Source: Gemmatimonadota bacterium
Lineage (GTDB): Bacteria; Gemmatimonadota; Gemmatimonadetes; Longimicrobiales; Gaopeijiaceae
NCBI GenBank assembly: GCA_039589315.1
Contig: JBDHHQ010000032.1
Span: 1 to 46,483 of the forward strand
Direction of reading: 5' to 3'
Length of the DNA: 46,483 nt
The position numbers and the translations under genes were made by a program. The notes below the pieces were generated by a model. That model had not been told where the DNA came from and did no database searches. It saw only the letters and a program-made list of their open reading frames with translations. Below, one piece after another: positions 1-9,502 of this stretch (position 1 is its first letter; the number at the start of each line of letters is the position of its first letter).

Positions 1-734
1 TCCTGCTGGAGCATGCGCCACATGGCATCGACGTACTCCGGTGCGTACCCCCAGTCCCGCTTCGCATCCAGGTTTCCGAGGTAGACGGCGTCCTGGAGAC
101 CGAGCTTGATGCGCGACACGGCCCTCGTGATCTTCCGCGTCACGAATGTCTCACCCCGACGAGGACTCTCGTGGTTGAAGAGGATCCCGTTGACGGCGAA
201 GAGGCCATATGCTTCCCGGTAGTTCTTGGTGATGTAGAACGCGTATGCCTTCGCGCAGGCATAGGGTGAGCGAGGGTTGAAGGGCGTGGACTCGGTCTGG
301 GGCACCTCGACGACCTTGCCGTAGAGCTCGGACGAGCTCGCCTGGTAGAAGCGGGGCGAGATCCCTGTCTCTCGCATGGCTTCGAGGAGGCGCACTGCCG
401 CGAGGCCCGATACGTCGGCCGTGTACTCCGGAAGGTCGAAGCTGGTCCGCACGTGACTCTGAGCCGCGAGGTTGTACACCTCGTCGGGCCGGATCTCGCG
501 AAGGAGCCGGTTCAACACGCTGCCGTCCGAGAGATCCCCGTAGTGGAGGAACAGGCGAGCGCTGGGATCGTGAGGGTCCTGGTAGAGGTGATCGATGCGT
601 TGGGTGTTGAAGGACGACGAACGGCGGATCACGCCGTGGACTTCGTACCCCTTCTCCAACAGCAGCTCGGCCAGGTAGCTCCCGTCCTGTCCGGTGATGC
701 CCGTGATGAGTGCTTTCCTGTTCTGCTCGCTCAC
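1..734 (-). CDS. gmd: GDP-mannose 4,6-dehydratase (runs off the left edge)
   Basis: Manual translation from GTG 734 gives [34 protein letters not shown], with [17 protein letters not shown] and [20 protein letters not shown] later. The start overlaps the fcl stop (GTGA). Missing from the ORF track because it is truncated. Confidence 0.95.
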   Translation of the reverse strand, partial: MSEQNRKALITGITGQDGSYLAELLLEKGYEVHGVIRRSSSFNTQRIDHLYQDPHDPSARLFLHYGDLSDGSVLNRLLREIRPDEVYNLAAQSHVRTSFDLPEYTADVSGLAAVRLLEAMRETGISPRFYQASSSELYGKVVEVPQTESTPFNPRSPYACAKAYAFYITKNYREAYGLFAVNGILFNHESPRRGETFVTRKITRAVSRIKLGLQDAVYLGNLDAKRDWGYAPEYVDAMWRMLQQ

Positions 735-1744
735 GTTCTCTCGGCGTTGAGTGCGAAGGTGGGACGGCGGGTGCTCGCCGACTCCAGGTTGTTCAGGAAC
801 CAGCGCGTGGTCCGCTCGAGCCCTTCCCGAAGCGATACGTCGGCGCGGAACCCGAATAGGCTCGCGGCCCGGCTCGTGTCCAGACAGCGTCGGGGCTGGC
901 CATCTGGACGACTGGCGTCGAAGCCCAGCTCTCCCCGGTACCCGATGATCTCGGCGATGAGCTCGGCGAGGGCGCGAATGCGGATCTCCTTGCCTGTGCC
1001 CAGATTCACCGGGTCGGGCCCATCGTAGTGCTCTGCAGCCAGGAGAATGGCCCGAACGCAATCGTCGAGGTAGAGAAACTCGCGTGAGGCCTCGCCCGTC
1101 CCCCAGATCGGCACCTGGTCGATACCGGCATCACGAGCTTCCACCATCTTCCGGATCAGTGCGGGGATGACGTGGCTGGTCTCGAGGTCGAAGTTGTCGC
1201 CGGGCCCGTAGAGGTTCACGGGTAGGAGATAGATGCCGTTGAGGCCATACTCGGCTCGGTAGGCCTGGAGCTGGACGAGGAGCGCCTTCTTGGCCACGCC
1301 GTACGGCGCGTTGGTCTCCTCGGGATAACCATTCCAGAGATCGTCCTCCCGAAACGGCACGGGCGTGTCCTTGGGGTAGGCGCAGATCGTACCGAGCTGG
1401 ACGAACTTCTCCAAGCCGGCGCGCCGCGCTTCTTCGATGAGCATCACGCCCATGATCGCATTCGCGTAGAAGAAGCGCCCGGGGCGTTCCCGGTTCGCCC
1501 CGATCCCGCCGACCTCGGCCGCCAGGTGGATCACCGTGTCCGGGCGAGCCTCTTCGTACAGGCGCCTCACGTGTGCCTGCTCGGTCAGATCGAACTCGGC
1601 GCGCCGCGGAGCGAGCACGGTCTCGCAACCGAGCTCCAGGAGGCGGGTCACGAGCGGTGTGCCGACGAAACCGCCTCCGCCGGTGACCACCACCCGTCGC
1701 CCCTGCCAGTGCTCGCGAGAGCTCACCTTCTCGTTGACCGACAT
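731..1744 (-). CDS. fcl: GDP-L-fucose synthase
   Basis: GGGGFVG Rossmann motif, [28 protein letters not shown] and [12 protein letters not shown]; adjacent to gmd. Start ATG 1744 (alternative 1759). Confidence 0.93.
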   Translation of the reverse strand: MSVNEKVSSREHWQGRRVVVTGGGGFVGTPLVTRLLELGCETVLAPRRAEFDLTEQAHVRRLYEEARPDTVIHLAAEVGGIGANRERPGRFFYANAIMGVMLIEEARRAGLEKFVQLGTICAYPKDTPVPFREDDLWNGYPEETNAPYGVAKKALLVQLQAYRAEYGLNGIYLLPVNLYGPGDNFDLETSHVIPALIRKMVEARDAGIDQVPIWGTGEASREFLYLDDCVRAILLAAEHYDGPDPVNLGTGKEIRIRALAELIAEIIGYRGELGFDASRPDGQPRRCLDTSRAASLFGFRADVSLREGLERTTRWFLNNLESASTRRPTFALNAERT

Positions 1745-1779
1745 CCCGTTCCCTTCCATGCCTGGCGCTGTGACCCCGC

Positions 1780-2325
1780 TCAGCCGTACACCGGTTCCAC
1801 GATCTCTCGATCGAGCTCGACTCGGAGGCCCTGGTTGATGGCCGTGACGCCGATCACGAGTACCAGGCGCGTGTTGCTCGGCCGTCGAGCCACGACCCCC
1901 TCTACATCCCTCAACGGGCCCTCCGTGATCCGAACCCGCTGACCCTCACTCAGCATGGGACCGACCTCTGGCACCGGGCCATTCGCGCCAAGACCGGCCG
2001 AAAGCCGTTTGATGTTCGCGATCTCCCGGTCGGGGACCACCACCGGCCTCCCGTCGAACCGGACCACGCTCACCAGGCCCGGTGTCGCCGTCACCCGATT
2101 CAGGTCGTGGCTGCGGCAGCGGGCAAAGACATAGCTCGGGAAGAGCGGGAACTCGACGACCTTCTCCCGGTCGTGCCACCGGCGCACGCGCGAGACGAGC
2201 GGCAGGAAGACCTCGAAGCCGCGCTCGTCCAGTAGTCGACTCACCTGCTTCTCGTGTCGTCCCCTGGTGTAGCAGGCGTACCACTCCGACGCAGTTTGCG
2301 TGCTCCGACCGGCTGCAGCTTCCAT
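1780..2325 (-). CDS. UpxY/RfaH-family (NusG paralog) transcription antiterminator
   Basis: NGN domain ([22 protein letters not shown]) and KOW motif ([16 protein letters not shown]); first gene of a polysaccharide transcription unit. Confidence 0.9.
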   Translation of the reverse strand: MEAAAGRSTQTASEWYACYTRGRHEKQVSRLLDERGFEVFLPLVSRVRRWHDREKVVEFPLFPSYVFARCRSHDLNRVTATPGLVSVVRFDGRPVVVPDREIANIKRLSAGLGANGPVPEVGPMLSEGQRVRITEGPLRDVEGVVARRPSNTRLVLVIGVTAINQGLRVELDREIVEPVYG

Positions 2326-2502
2326 GCGACTCGTGCTATGCCCTCACCGTTGGGGCAGAATGAGAGAGGGTCCGGCAGGAAGGCGCACTTCGTGCCCCTC
2401 AGTAACAGGATGCGAATATCCTGGACTACCGTCTAAAACCCTATGCTGCGATGTCTTACGGACGACTGTCCGTCGCGGAGCGAAACTCCGCTCCCTGCAA
2501 TG

Positions 2503-2518
2503 TGCAAGGACCATTCCG
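2503..2518 (-). promoter_or_regulatory. candidate sigma-54 (-24/-12) promoter for upxY-fcl-gmd
   Basis: Minus strand reads CGGAATGGTCCTTGCA (GG-N10-GC with TTGCA), about 180 nt upstream of the ATG. Confidence 0.6.
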
Positions 2519-2573
2519 GCCGCAGCGCTGACGCCACATGCGACTTTCCTGTAAACATACGGTTCCCCGGGCC

Positions 2574-2591
2574 TGTGGTGCTACGACAACA
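2574..2591. promoter_or_regulatory. candidate enhancer palindrome TGTGG-N8-CAACA
   Basis: TGTGGTGCTACGACAACA; same motif at 4838, 7907 and 8017. Confidence 0.45.
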
Positions 2592-2700
2592 TTGCCGGGG
2601 TCCGGATCCGGACGATGAGACGTCGGTCGAGGAGATCTACGAGGATGCAACCCGGGCGCGGAGGCGAACTCGAGGAGGCGAGGCAAGGGGCTGGGCGAGC

Positions 2701-3657
2701 TCACGTCTCCTGGGTATGGAGCCAATCTACGAAGGCTCGAATCCCAGCGCGGAAGTCCGTCCTGGGCTCGTACCCGAATAGTCTCCGCGCATGGCCCACG
2801 TCGGCATAGGTCCGGTCGACATCGCCCGGTTGGGGTGGGAGTCGATGCACCACGGGCTCGACACCCAACGCCTCGCCGAGCACGGCGATCATCTCCTGTA
2901 AGGACACCGTGCGGCTTTCGCCCAGATTCACGACCTCATACGCACCGGGGTGGCTTCGTGCGTAGCCGAGGGCGCCTTCGACACCCTGGAGGATGTCGTC
3001 GATGAACGTGTAGTCCCGCTGTGACGTACCGTCCCCGAACATTGGAATGGCCTCCCCGGCCGCCATGAGCCGGGCGAACTTGTGGATCGCCAGGTCGGGT
3101 CGCTGCCGTGGCCCATAGACAGTAAAGAACCGCAGGCATACGCAGGAGGTTCCCTCGAGGTGCGAAGCGGTGTGGCACAGGAGCTCCCCGGCTTTCTTGG
3201 TGGCGGCGTACGGCGAGATGGGCCGGTCGACTGGATCGGATTCGACGAACGGCACGGACTCGCTGTTCCCGTACACGGAAGACGACGAAGCGAAGACGAA
3301 CGGCCGAACCCCCCGGTGCCGGGCAAACTCCAGCAGCCGCATCGTGCCCATCACGTTCACGTCGGCGTAGAGCGTGGGCTCCTGGATGGAGGGACGGACC
3401 CCGGCCCGAGCGGCGAGGTGGACGATGGCGTCCACGGAAGGCGGCAGCTCCGCCAGCAGGTCCCCGTCCCTGATGTCACCGCGCACCTCGTGGAAGGCGG
3501 GGTGCCTGCGCGCGTCGGACAGATTGGCTTCCTTTATAGCCGGGTCGTAGAAGTCGTCGAACAGATCGAGGCCGACCACCTCTTCGCCTCGGGACAGCAG
3601 GCGTTCTACGAAGTGAGAGCCGATGAAGCCGGCCGCGCCGGTGACCAGTACGGACAC
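2701..3657 (-). CDS. NAD-dependent nucleotide-sugar epimerase (UDP-glucuronate 4-epimerase-like)
   Basis: VLVTGAAGFIG, HLAARAGVRPS, ASSSSVYG, YAATKK and FFTVYGPRQRPDLA. Start GTG 3657 preferred over the longer ORF. Confidence 0.9.
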   Translation of the reverse strand: MSVLVTGAAGFIGSHFVERLLSRGEEVVGLDLFDDFYDPAIKEANLSDARRHPAFHEVRGDIRDGDLLAELPPSVDAIVHLAARAGVRPSIQEPTLYADVNVMGTMRLLEFARHRGVRPFVFASSSSVYGNSESVPFVESDPVDRPISPYAATKKAGELLCHTASHLEGTSCVCLRFFTVYGPRQRPDLAIHKFARLMAAGEAIPMFGDGTSQRDYTFIDDILQGVEGALGYARSHPGAYEVVNLGESRTVSLQEMIAVLGEALGVEPVVHRLPPQPGDVDRTYADVGHARRLFGYEPRTDFRAGIRAFVDWLHTQET

Positions 3658-3816
3658 TTGGGTCCCCTTCCGAGCTGAGGTGGTCCGGAATGCCCGCACG
3701 CCGCCGCCCCTGGAGCGTCGGGCATGGATCCGAGGTGTAGAAAAAGCCGGGTCCGCGGAATCATCGTCGGACCCGGCCGGCCGTCCCTTCCTCCCCCACA
3801 CAAGGAGTGATTGCGG

Positions 3817-4518
3817 CTACCAAGCGCCCTTCTTGAAGAGCATCACGGGGACGGTCAGCACCATGATCTTGAAGTCTTCCCAGGCCGATCTCCGAGAGAC
3901 GTATTCCAGGTCCAGGTGCAGCTTCTCTCGTACGTCGTCCAGATTCTGCCCGTAGTCCCGGTTGACCTGAGCCCAGCCTGTGATGCCAGGGAGCACGCGC
4001 TGTCTGTCGTGGTACTTGTTGATCTGGTCCCTGAGCTCAGCGAAGATCGTGGGCTGCTCTGGGCGAGGGCCCACGACGTTCATATCGCCCTTCAGGACGT
4101 TCCAGAGCTGGGGCAGCTCATCGAGCCGGTACTTGCGGAGCACCCCACCCACCCGGGTGACCCGGGGATCGTCCGGAGTCGCCCAAACCTCCTTCGCAGC
4201 TGCACCCGCGCTCATCGTGCGGAACTTGTAGATCGTGAAGAGCCTCCCTCCCCGATCGGCGGCACGACGTCGTGCCGGGCCGCCTCGGTTCACCGAGCGG
4301 CGCCGGTTCAGACCCACGCGCTGCTGCTTGTAGAACACCGGTCCGGGCGAGGTGAGCTTCACCACGATGGCGATCAGGACCATCAACGGCAGCGTGGCTA
4401 ACAGACCCGTGATGGCCACCAGCATGTTGAGGAATCGGCTGACCCGATCGCTCCCGAGTCGGCCTGGCAAGGTCGCATAGCGCACTTCCTGCCGCTCCGC
4501 CGCCTTGTCGTAGAGCAT
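3817..4518 (-). CDS. priming sugar transferase (polyprenyl glycosylphosphotransferase, Bac_transf type)
   Basis: One TM helix, then [42 protein letters not shown] and [10 protein letters not shown]. Start uncertain (4518 or 4566). Confidence 0.9.
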   Translation of the reverse strand: MLYDKAAERQEVRYATLPGRLGSDRVSRFLNMLVAITGLLATLPLMVLIAIVVKLTSPGPVFYKQQRVGLNRRRSVNRGGPARRRAADRGGRLFTIYKFRTMSAGAAAKEVWATPDDPRVTRVGGVLRKYRLDELPQLWNVLKGDMNVVGPRPEQPTIFAELRDQINKYHDRQRVLPGITGWAQVNRDYGQNLDDVREKLHLDLEYVSRRSAWEDFKIMVLTVPVMLFKKGAW

Positions 4519-4660
4519 CAGGGGCGTCGGTACTGGCGTTCTCTTCACCCTCCCGGGCGTGCCCATATCAGGTACCGTTGAATGCACGGCTCGAATCCGG
4601 CCTCGATTCAGGTCTTGTGTGACCGCCCGCGTGGGGGCAGTACGAAGCGCCTCGGTAATA

Positions 4661-4676
4661 TGCAAGCCGCGTTCCG
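4661..4676 (-). promoter_or_regulatory. candidate sigma-54 promoter for the sugar transferase
   Basis: Minus strand reads CGGAACGCGGCTTGCA (GG-N10-GC). Confidence 0.65.
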
Positions 4677-4837
4677 CTTCCCACCAGAGCCATCTGTCGA
4701 GACCACACTTCGCTGGCACGGAACAAATGGCGTGATTCGGCAAGCCCGGCAGGGGGAAAGCAAGCTCGCCGCGCAAGCTGGACGCCGTCCGATCGCACCC
4801 CCCGAAGCCCCCAGGAGAGGCGCGTGCGCCACACATC

Positions 4838-4855
4838 TGTGGCACTGATGCAACA
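4838..4855. promoter_or_regulatory. candidate enhancer palindrome
   Basis: TGTGGCACTGATGCAACA, about 160 nt upstream of the -24 element at 4676. Confidence 0.5.
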
Positions 4856-4978
4856 AGTCTCCGAAGATTGCCGGACTGGCAGGCGGGAGGGGCGTGCGCG
4901 CTCCGGGCCCGCCATCGGCGCGAGCCCGATTGTCCGAGGATTACATGGGTCGAGAGGCCGTTGAGCTTCCGGCGGATG

Positions 4979-6175
4979 TCAGAGCTGATCGGCGACCGGT
5001 AGCTCAATCGTGAAGTAGAAGCGTGTGCCCCACTCGGGCCGGCTCTCGTATTCGAGCTTCGACCCCATCGCTTCCACCAGCCGACGGGCAATCGACAAGC
5101 CCAGGCCGCTCCCGGAGAAGAAATGGCCCGAGCGCTCGCGTGACTTCTGAAATGGCTCGAACAACGTCCCCTGAGCGGCCTCACTGATGCCCCGGCCGGT
5201 GTCCCGGACGGAGAACTCCACGTCGCGCCGGTTCAAGCGCCGGGCCGTCACCTCCACGAGCCCCTCGTCTGTGAACTTCAATGCGTTGGTCGTGAGATTC
5301 AACAGCGCTCGGCTCAGCGCCACCGGGTATCCGACGCACCGGTCTCCCTCCGGCTCCATCAGGCGAAGCGTGATGTGCTTTTCGTCCGCCATGATCTGGA
5401 CCATCTCACGGATGGACTCCAGCACCTCACCGACCGAGAACGGCTGGGTGGCATCCTCCGAGAGCCGCGTGCCACCGCGAGCCAGCTCCATGATGTCGCT
5501 GGCCACGGCGATGAGTCCCAAGGCCGCGGAGTAGACCAGTCCGAGCTGCCGGTGCTGGAGATCTGTCACGTCGCCGCTGTGACCGCGTCGGATCGTCTCG
5601 GACAGGAAGAGGATCGAGGTGAGAGGCGAGCGAAGGTCATGTGCGACCTCCACGATCAACTCGAAGGCGTCCGGCTCGAGGAGGCGGTCGGCGAAGTCTT
5701 CCGTTCGCGCGGGTTCCAGGGACCCACGCACCCGTTCGAGAGCCAGCAGCAGCGCCAGCACCTCGGCCGGATCGTGATCTCCGGCCTCCGGCTCCCCACT
5801 CGGCTGCAGTAGCTCCTGCCGCAGAAGCTCCGCGAGCTGTCGATGCAGGAGACCCCTCGTGGCCTCGTCGCCGAGCGCCCAGTCCTCCGCACCGGCGGCG
5901 CTCTCCACATGGCAAGCGACCTCACCGAGGACCTTCACGACCTCCTCGCGGCTCACCCCACCCTTCAGGCTGCTGGCCCAGGAATCCGAGATCCGACGCA
6001 CGGCTTCCTTGAGCAGCGCCGACGAGACGCCCTGGAGCGCTTCCTCGTCGCTGCGCGCATGGGAGAAGGGCGCCAGCGGCTCGAAACCGGCCCTCTCCGG
6101 CATGCCCGGCCGGTCCGTCATCATGCCCAGCGCAGTCTGGCGCGAAAGGGTCGAATCGGGTGAGGCCCGATTCAA
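4979..6175 (-). CDS. soluble histidine kinase (HisKA + HATPase)
   Basis: H-box VAHDLRSPL, N-box NLTTNALKFT, G1 DTGRGI, G2 GSGLGLSI; no transmembrane segment. TTG start overlaps the upstream stop (alternative ATG 6124). Confidence 0.9.
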   Translation of the reverse strand: MNRASPDSTLSRQTALGMMTDRPGMPERAGFEPLAPFSHARSDEEALQGVSSALLKEAVRRISDSWASSLKGGVSREEVVKVLGEVACHVESAAGAEDWALGDEATRGLLHRQLAELLRQELLQPSGEPEAGDHDPAEVLALLLALERVRGSLEPARTEDFADRLLEPDAFELIVEVAHDLRSPLTSILFLSETIRRGHSGDVTDLQHRQLGLVYSAALGLIAVASDIMELARGGTRLSEDATQPFSVGEVLESIREMVQIMADEKHITLRLMEPEGDRCVGYPVALSRALLNLTTNALKFTDEGLVEVTARRLNRRDVEFSVRDTGRGISEAAQGTLFEPFQKSRERSGHFFSGSGLGLSIARRLVEAMGSKLEYESRPEWGTRFYFTIELPVADQL

Positions 6176-7755
6176 CCGGACTGCCCGGAAAGCAGGCCCT
6201 GCCGGTCGATCCCGTGCTTCTGCATGAGCCGGTACAGGGTCGTGCGATCCACGCCCGCGATCCGGGCGGCGTCGGAGATGTTGCCCCCAGCCTCACGGAC
6301 GATCCGGGAGAGATAGCGCTGCTCGAACTCCCCGAGAACGCGGTCTCGCGCCACGTGATACTCCCCCCGCAGCGAGACGTCGCTGAACGATATACCGGAG
6401 GAGGTGGCCACCTCGGCGGATGGCTCGATGAAGGGGATATCCGGCGCCGTGACGTCCTGTCCCGGATCGAGCAGGACCACGGCATGCTCCACCACGTTGC
6501 GGAGCTCCCGGACGTTGCCCTGCCAAGGGCACGAGAGCAGGGCATTCATGGCCTCGTCCGAGAACACGGGGAGCGGTTCACCCGGATCCCGGTACCGGGT
6601 CCAGAAGTGGTGCAGGAAGTAGTTGGCCAGCACGGGGATGTCGCTGGGCCGGTCTCGCAGGGGAGGGATCGTTATCGGTACAACACGAAGTCGGTAGTAG
6701 AGGTCGCGCCGGAGGTCGCCGTTATCGACGGCCCCCATGGGGTCCCGGTTCGTCGCTGCGATGAAGCGAACGTTGACGACGGCGTCCGTGGTCGTGCTCC
6801 CCACGCGCCGCACCACGCCGTCCTGGATCACCCTGAGCAGCTTGGCCTGGATCGGGTGGGGCATCTCGGTGAGCTCATCGAGGAAGAGCGTGCCTCCGTT
6901 GGCCGCCTCGAGAAGGCCACGCTTCTCGCGGACGGCACCGGTGAAGGCCCCCTCCACGTGGCCGAACATCTCCGATTCGAGCAGGTTCTCGGGAATCGCC
7001 GCGCAGTTGATGGGCACCAGCTCACGGGCGCTCCGACGAGAGTGATGATGGATGAACTGGGCGATGACCTCCTTGCCTACACCGCTCTCCCCGGTGATGA
7101 AGACCGATGCGTCGGTGGACGCAACCTTGCGCGCCAGCTCGATGACCCGTTGGAAGGAGGTGGAGTCGCCAAGGAGCATCACCTTGTCGCTGTGACCGTG
7201 ACGGCGGTTCAGTGCCTGGCGGCTCTCGGTGCTCTCCCGCGCGACGGCTACGGCATGGCCGGCCCTCCCGATGAGCACCTGGAGGTGCGTCGCGGAGAAG
7301 GGCTTCGGAATGTAGTCCCACGCCCCCGCACGCAGCGCGGCCACGCTGGATTCGACGGACGGATTCCCGGTCATCACGACGGCCAGCGTCTGGGGATGCG
7401 CCTGCAGCGCCGCCTGGAGGAGCTCCATGCCGGACACACCGGACATGTAGAGGTCGAGAAGCATGATATCGAAGGTCCGTCGTTGGACCATCTCGAGGGC
7501 GTCTTCCCCACGCCCGCACACGGTCACGCTGTAGCCTTCGCTCTCGAGCAGGCTCGCGCAGCTTTCCCGCAAAGTGTGCTCGTCATCCACGATCAGGATC
7601 TGGATCGTTTCCCGCACACTCGGATCGAGGAAGACCAGCGAACCCTCCGACTGGCCCTGCCCAGCATGGGCCGGCTTGTCGCTCTGGCTCGCGTCACCGA
7701 CGCCAGGCGGCGGCGATTTCGTTCTCGAGGGTGTGCGCGAAAGCTGCTCTGCCAT
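6172..7755 (-). CDS. sigma-54-dependent response regulator (NtrC-type REC-AAA+-HTH)
   Basis: REC (ILIVDDE, LLDLYM, YIPKPF), Walker A GESGVGKE, GAFTGA loop, LFLDE and a C-terminal HTH (AARIAGVDRTTLYR). Confidence 0.95.
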   Translation of the reverse strand: MAEQLSRTPSRTKSPPPGVGDASQSDKPAHAGQGQSEGSLVFLDPSVRETIQILIVDDEHTLRESCASLLESEGYSVTVCGRGEDALEMVQRRTFDIMLLDLYMSGVSGMELLQAALQAHPQTLAVVMTGNPSVESSVAALRAGAWDYIPKPFSATHLQVLIGRAGHAVAVARESTESRQALNRRHGHSDKVMLLGDSTSFQRVIELARKVASTDASVFITGESGVGKEVIAQFIHHHSRRSARELVPINCAAIPENLLESEMFGHVEGAFTGAVREKRGLLEAANGGTLFLDELTEMPHPIQAKLLRVIQDGVVRRVGSTTTDAVVNVRFIAATNRDPMGAVDNGDLRRDLYYRLRVVPITIPPLRDRPSDIPVLANYFLHHFWTRYRDPGEPLPVFSDEAMNALLSCPWQGNVRELRNVVEHAVVLLDPGQDVTAPDIPFIEPSAEVATSSGISFSDVSLRGEYHVARDRVLGEFEQRYLSRIVREAGGNISDAARIAGVDRTTLYRLMQKHGIDRQGLLSGQSG

Positions 7756-7808
7756 GGACTGGACCCCCCGTCCTGTTCGTCACCGAGACCGTATCGGGCT
7801 GCGGTGGT

Positions 7809-7824
7809 TGCACGGAACGGGCCT
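7809..7824 (-). promoter_or_regulatory. candidate sigma-54 promoter for the activator-kinase genes
   Basis: Minus strand reads AGGCCCGTTCCGTGCA (GG-N10-GC), 54 nt upstream of the ATG; weaker match than the others. Confidence 0.4.
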
Positions 7825-7906
7825 GTTCCGAAGAGATCTGGCCGAGTTCGCCGGTTCGCCGCAGGATAGCTGGCTCCTGCGTGGGGACTCCCGCTCGACG
7901 GAGGAG

Positions 7907-8034
7907 TGTGGCAAGCGTACAACGTGCGGCGGACCTTCGGTATTCCGCAACACATCCCTTCCTTTTGCAAGAGTGCACCAGCGAGAAGGCTTGACGCGCC
8001 TGGCTCCTTCCTCGCCTGTGGCAAGACTACCACA
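7907..8034. promoter_or_regulatory. two candidate enhancer palindromes
   Basis: TGTGGCAAGCGTACAACG (7907-7924) and TGTGGCAAGACTACCACA (8017-8034). Confidence 0.5.
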
Positions 8035-8120
8035 CAGACTGCTGCCTGGAAACGTCGTGAGAGTGAGGCAGGCGCGCCACGCTCGGGGGACTCGGGTCGG
8101 TCGAGCTCCTCGGCTGTCGT

Positions 8121-9059
8121 TCAGCTCGCGGCGCGGGTCGGCTGGTAGGCGTGGATCCGCTCGCCGGACTCGTCGGCCTGGGCGCTCCGCAGAGCCAGAG
8201 TCGCTCGCGTGAGGAGGTCCACGGGCGTGACGGGTGCTTGCTCCGTGTCATGCACGGCGTAGTATCCGGCCCGAAGGCTCAGGGGAAGGGCTTCAGGCGC
8301 AGGCCCGAGCCCCTGATCCGCCGCCTCCAACAACCGGCGAGCCAGCTCGAGGGCACCGCTGGGGTCGGTACCCGGGGCCACCACCACGAAGCTCCCCTCA
8401 CCGAGTCGGCCCATGATGTCGGACACGCGGGCCGTCGACGCCAAGGCCGCCGTGATCCGGTCCGGCACCGACTCGTCAGCCTCGCCTGCGGGAACCGCCT
8501 CGTCGACGCGGTGCATGCCGAGCACCACGCACGCGAGGGGTCTACGTGAGCGCGTCGCCTCGGCTGTGATCTCGCCCACCCGCTTCAGAAGTCCCTTCAC
8601 GTTGTAGAAGCCGGTGATGGGATCGAGGAGGCTCTCTTCACGAGCCGTGTCCGCTTCCTGCTTGGCCGCCACGAAGGCGCCGATCTTCAAGATCAACTCT
8701 TCAGGGTCGAAGGGCGGCCTCACCACGTCCCAGGCTCCCGCTCGAAGGGCCTCGATGCGCTCGGCCCGTCCGAGGGGCGAGGTGGTGAGCATGACGATGG
8801 GCGTCGAGGGGCGGATCGTGGGCAGCTTGCGGGCCTCCCGACATACGTCCACACCGCGCATGTCGGGGAGATGCATGTCGATCACCATGATCTCCGGCTG
8901 GACCTTTCTCGCCAACTCCACTGCCTGCCGACCCGTGTAGGCCTTCAATACCGCGTAGCCGCTTGGGCTCAGGATGCTCTCCAACGAGCGAGCGGTCCAC
9001 TCCTGGTCGTCTACGACGAGGGCTAACGGCGTTCGGGGAAAACCCTTCAGGTCTGCCAT
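8121..9059 (-). CDS. response regulator with degenerate GGDEF (diguanylate cyclase-like) domain
   Basis: REC (LVVDDQ, VIDMHLP), then DPITGFYN. The signature position reads GRLGEGSF. Start ATG 9059. Confidence 0.85.
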   Translation of the reverse strand: MADLKGFPRTPLALVVDDQEWTARSLESILSPSGYAVLKAYTGRQAVELARKVQPEIMVIDMHLPDMRGVDVCREARKLPTIRPSTPIVMLTTSPLGRAERIEALRAGAWDVVRPPFDPEELILKIGAFVAAKQEADTAREESLLDPITGFYNVKGLLKRVGEITAEATRSRRPLACVVLGMHRVDEAVPAGEADESVPDRITAALASTARVSDIMGRLGEGSFVVVAPGTDPSGALELARRLLEAADQGLGPAPEALPLSLRAGYYAVHDTEQAPVTPVDLLTRATLALRSAQADESGERIHAYQPTRAAS

Positions 9060-9502
9060 AGCGCTCGACGCCGGGAGTGCGGGAAGGAGGACTTCGCCTT
9101 GGTCATAGAATACGTCGCGCGGAGGATTCGTCCAGAGCGAATCCATGCTGCAGGAATCGTGCTCGGCAGTCAGCCCCCCTTCCCACGCCCGGCCCGCCAC
9201 CGGGCAAGGCCACACAACGCCGTCACTGGGGGCTTCACGCCTCCACCCGGGCCTGCCGGCGCACCGGCCCCCCGTCCAGTACCCCGGCGGCGGGCGTCGC
9301 GCCAGTGTCGCCTCTTCGTCGCACGGTCGCAACGAACAACGACGGTCGCGCGCTGAGCGCCCCGTCATTGTCTGAGCCGGCAACTCGTTCATCCACGTTG
9401 ACTTACGCAGATGTGTGAGCCTTGAACGAGCATCGGGCCTCGAATTTGTCCAGAGGGATGTTCGACCCGAGTGGGTCCGACAGACGAAAGCCCGAGGAGG
9501 AC

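Noticed and set aside
4519..5184. Long N-terminal extensions from the ORF track (also at 9060-9578, 14702-15028, 23680-24189 and 35580-35822)
   Set aside because: They overlap other genes or promoter motifs and lack protein-like composition; downstream starts fit better.
7965..7979. Sigma-54 site TGGTGCACTCTTGCA (minus strand)
   Set aside because: The GG-to-GC spacing is 9 nt instead of the required 10.
9149..9164. Sigma-54 site GAGCACGATTCCTGCA before the REC-GGDEF gene
   Set aside because: Spacing fits, but the invariant GG reads AG.
9356..9475. Canonical glmS ribozyme
   Set aside because: The GGCG partner for AGCGCC is missing and the P1 spacing is wrong; kept only as an unassigned structured leader.
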